From: the human T2T-CHM13v2.0 reference genome, Homo sapiens
Assembly: GCF_009914755.1 (NCBI RefSeq)
Contig: NC_060928.1
Direction: 5' to 3' (one strand)
DNA: 64,000 nucleotides
In this document: positions 59,582 through 64,000 of the stretch, piece by piece
Layout: every line of letters begins with the position of its first letter
How positions within the stretch are numbered: the stretch's first letter is position 1
The notes under the pieces: generated by a model
Databases searched by the model: none
Told to the model about the DNA's origin: nothing
The model's input: only the letters and a program-made list of their open reading frames with translations
Program-made: the position numbers and the translations under genes

Positions 59582-60426
59582 TCAGGAACAAAACAAGAGT
59601 AATAAATGAAAAGGAGAAATCTGCTTTTATTCAAGATGGACTGAGTGCACTCCAATGTGTCCCACCCACTAAAAGCAACTAAAACCCCTGGATGAATGCA
59701 TAGAACAGCTAAAGAGAACTCAAAGGACCACCGAACCAGATTTGAGTTTAACATTTCTTTTTTCCCCTGATATCTCCCATCCTGCATTTGCAGCCAGAAA
59801 CACAGAACTATCTTCTGGGTGCAATAAAAAGAGTTCCAAAGAAAGCTCTAGTCCTTGAACCTCTAGTCCAAGGAAATGAAAGGGGAAATCTCTACTGGTA
59901 ACAAACTGAAGGAAATACCCTGGTATTCTTTTCCCACTTATTTTCTTGGTCTAGTGGGCAGGCACAGTTATGAAAAATATGCAGCAAAGCACATAACTAA
60001 GACCCAGTGTGCTAGCAAGTTGACCAAGAAGGGAAACTCTAGGCACCAGATGTGTCAAGGAGATTGAGAAGAGGAAGGAGCTCAAGAAAGCAATCCAATA
60101 TATTTATTTATGAACTCCTGGACTTCATCATGAGCTGCACATGTATATCTGATCCTAAACAGTATATCAAAGGCTTTGAGAAATGAACTACAGAGTAGAC
60201 AACTGCCTACATTCCAGAGTCTCCTTAAAAGTAAAAGGAGAAACATTTCCCAAATGATTTATCAACCCAAGAATTACCCTGATATCAGAATCAAACGAAA
60301 ACATTAGAAGAAAAGAAGACTATGGAACAATTTTCCCTATGAAGAAATTGAGAATAGAAAAATAATATAGAAAATTAATGAAATCAAAAGTTGATTATTT
60401 GAGTAATTGAACAAAATTGACAAACC

Positions 60427-60716
60427 AGACTGGGCACAGTGGCTCCTATCTGCAATCCCATCACTTTGGGAAGCCAAGGTAGAAGGGAGGATCCCTTGAA
60501 GCCAGGAGTTCAAGACCAGTCTGATCAACATAGCAAGACCCCATCTCTACAAATAATTTAAGAAGTATCCTAGCATGGTGGCATGCACCTGTATTCACAG
60601 CTACTCAGTAGGCTGAGGCAGGAGGATCAACCAGGATTTTGAGGTTATAGTGGGCTATAATCACACCACTGCACTCCAGCCTGGGTGATTAGAGCAAGAC
60701 CCTGTCTCTTAAAAAA
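60427..60716 (+). mobile_element. AluJ
   Basis: Diverged dimeric Alu inside the L1M. Confidence 0.9.
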
Positions 60717-60792
60717 GAAAAGTTAACAAAACTTCAGCTGGATGGATAAAGAGGAAAGAAGTCTCAAAATCAAAAATGAAAGTGGGGTCATT

Positions 60793-61190
60793 CATCAATG
60801 GTAGACTGAAAAGGAAAAAGGGTACATATACACCATGGAATACTATGCAGCCATAAAAAGGAATGAGATCATGTCCTTTGCAGAGACATGGATGGAGCTG
60901 GAAGCCATTATCCTCAGCAAGCTAACACAGGAACAGAAAACCAAACACCGCATGTTCTCACTTACAAGAGGTGAACGATGTGAACACATAAACAGAGAGA
61001 GGGAACAAGATACACTGGGGCCTGTCATCAGAGGCAGGGCGAGGGAGAGCATCAGGAAAAATAACTAATGCATGCTGGGCTTAATACGAAGGTACTGGGT
61101 TGATAAGTGCAGCAAATTACCATGGCACACATTTACCTGTGTAACAAACCTGTCCATCCTGCACATGTACTCCAGATCTTAAAATAAATT
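60793..61190 (+). mobile_element. L1 3'UTR fragment (older L1PA/L1PB)
   Basis: caccatggaatactatgcagccataaaaaggaatgagatcatgtcctttgcag...aaacctgtccatcctgcacatgtac. Confidence 0.9.
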
Positions 61191-61195
61191 TTTTT

Positions 61196-61466
<271 letters not shown>

Positions 61467-62883
61467 TTAGATAACCTAGGTGAAATGGACAATTCCCTAA
61501 AAATATACAAACTGCCAACACTGAATCAAGAAAAAATGGAAACTATGCATAGACCTATAACAAGTATAGAAATTGGACCAGTAATCAAAAAACTACCAAC
61601 AAAGAAAAGCCTAGGAACAGATGGCTTTACTGGCAAATTCTACCAAACACTTTAAGAGAAATTAACACCAGTTAACATCAATCCTGCTCAAACTTGTCCG
61701 AAAGATAATAGAGGAGGGAGCACTTTCTAACTCATGCCAGGAAGCCATGAGTGTTACCCTGACACCAAAGCTAAACAAAGACATCACAAGAAAAGAAACT
61801 ACACATACATAGGCCTTGTGAATACAACCCAAAAATTCTCAAAATACTGGCAAAGCAAATCCAGCAGCATAACAAAAGGATCACACACCAGTACTAAGTA
61901 GGATTTACCCCAGAAATACAAGGTTGGTTCAACACATAAAAATGAATTTCTGTAATATACTATATTATTAGAATGAAGGAATAAAAAGTACATGGTCATT
62001 TTAAAGGATGTAGTAAAAGCATTTGACAACATCCAACACCTTTTCATGATAAAAACACTCAACAAACTAGGAATTGAAAGGAACTTCCTCAATGTGAAAA
62101 AAAAAAAAAGAAACAGTCTACAGAAATACCCACAGTTAATGGCATACCGAATGGTGAAAGACTGGATGCTTTCCCATCCAGAGCAGAATGAAGCAAAGGA
62201 TGTCCACTTTTGCAACTTCTGTTCAACACTGTAGTAGAGGTTCTAGCCAGAGCAATTAGGCAATAAAAAGAAATAAAAAGGACCAAGGTTGAAAACGAAG
62301 AAGTAAAACTCTCTCAATTCAAGGAAGACATGATCTTATATATGAAAATCTTTTTTTAAGTCTAAAAAATAACTATTAGAATTCATAAGCAAATTCAGTA
62401 AAGTTGCAAGATTCAAGAACAGTATACAAAAATCAGTTATGTTTCTATACACTAGCCATGATTAATCTGAAAATGAAAATAAGAAAATAATTTTATTTAT
62501 ACCTTCATCAAAAAGAACCTAATACAGGAAAATACATTTAATCAAGGAAGTGCAAGTCTTACGCACTAAAAACTACAAAATATTATTGAAGGTAATTTTT
62601 AAAAACCAAATTTATAAACAAAATCTGTGTTCTTAGATTGGAAGATTTTATATTTTTTGAGATGACAATACTCCTTACATTGATTCACAGATTCAATGCA
62701 ATGCCTATCAAAATCCCAACAGCTTTACTTGCTTTTTTGTTTGCTGTAGAAATGGATAAGCATGTTCTCAAATTCGTATGGAAATGCAAGAGGCCCCAAA
62801 TAGCCAAAAAATCTTAAAAAAGAGGAACAAAGTTGGAGGACTCACACCTCCCCATTTCAAAACTTATTACAAAGCTGCAGAAC

Positions 62884-64000
<1,117 letters not shown>

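Overview
This is AT-rich primate genomic DNA, most likely human, judged by its Alu, L1PA and THE1 content. It looks intergenic or deep intronic. Most of the window is interspersed repeat: about 20 Alus, young and old L1 fragments, L2, MIR, MaLR/ERVL LTRs (including a full-length THE1), and hAT/Tigger DNA transposon fossils. I see no recognisable protein-coding gene, CpG island, structural RNA gene or CRISPR array, and the long ORFs in the track are L1 ORF2 or THE1-internal remnants or Alu/low-complexity artefacts. I found no evidence for a new multi-gene system. The most striking unexplained structure is a set of apparent template-switch scars: a three-junction templated insertion at 43431-43792, a 51-bp near-perfect inverted repeat at 26715-26839, and three smaller fold-back duplications. 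Also notable are an old/young L1 chimera joined at the homologous position, a short L1 3' transduction, and clustered minus-strand splice signals in two repeat-free blocks (a possible spliced transcript). Repeat subfamily names come from recalled consensus sequences, and boundaries without a TSD are approximate.
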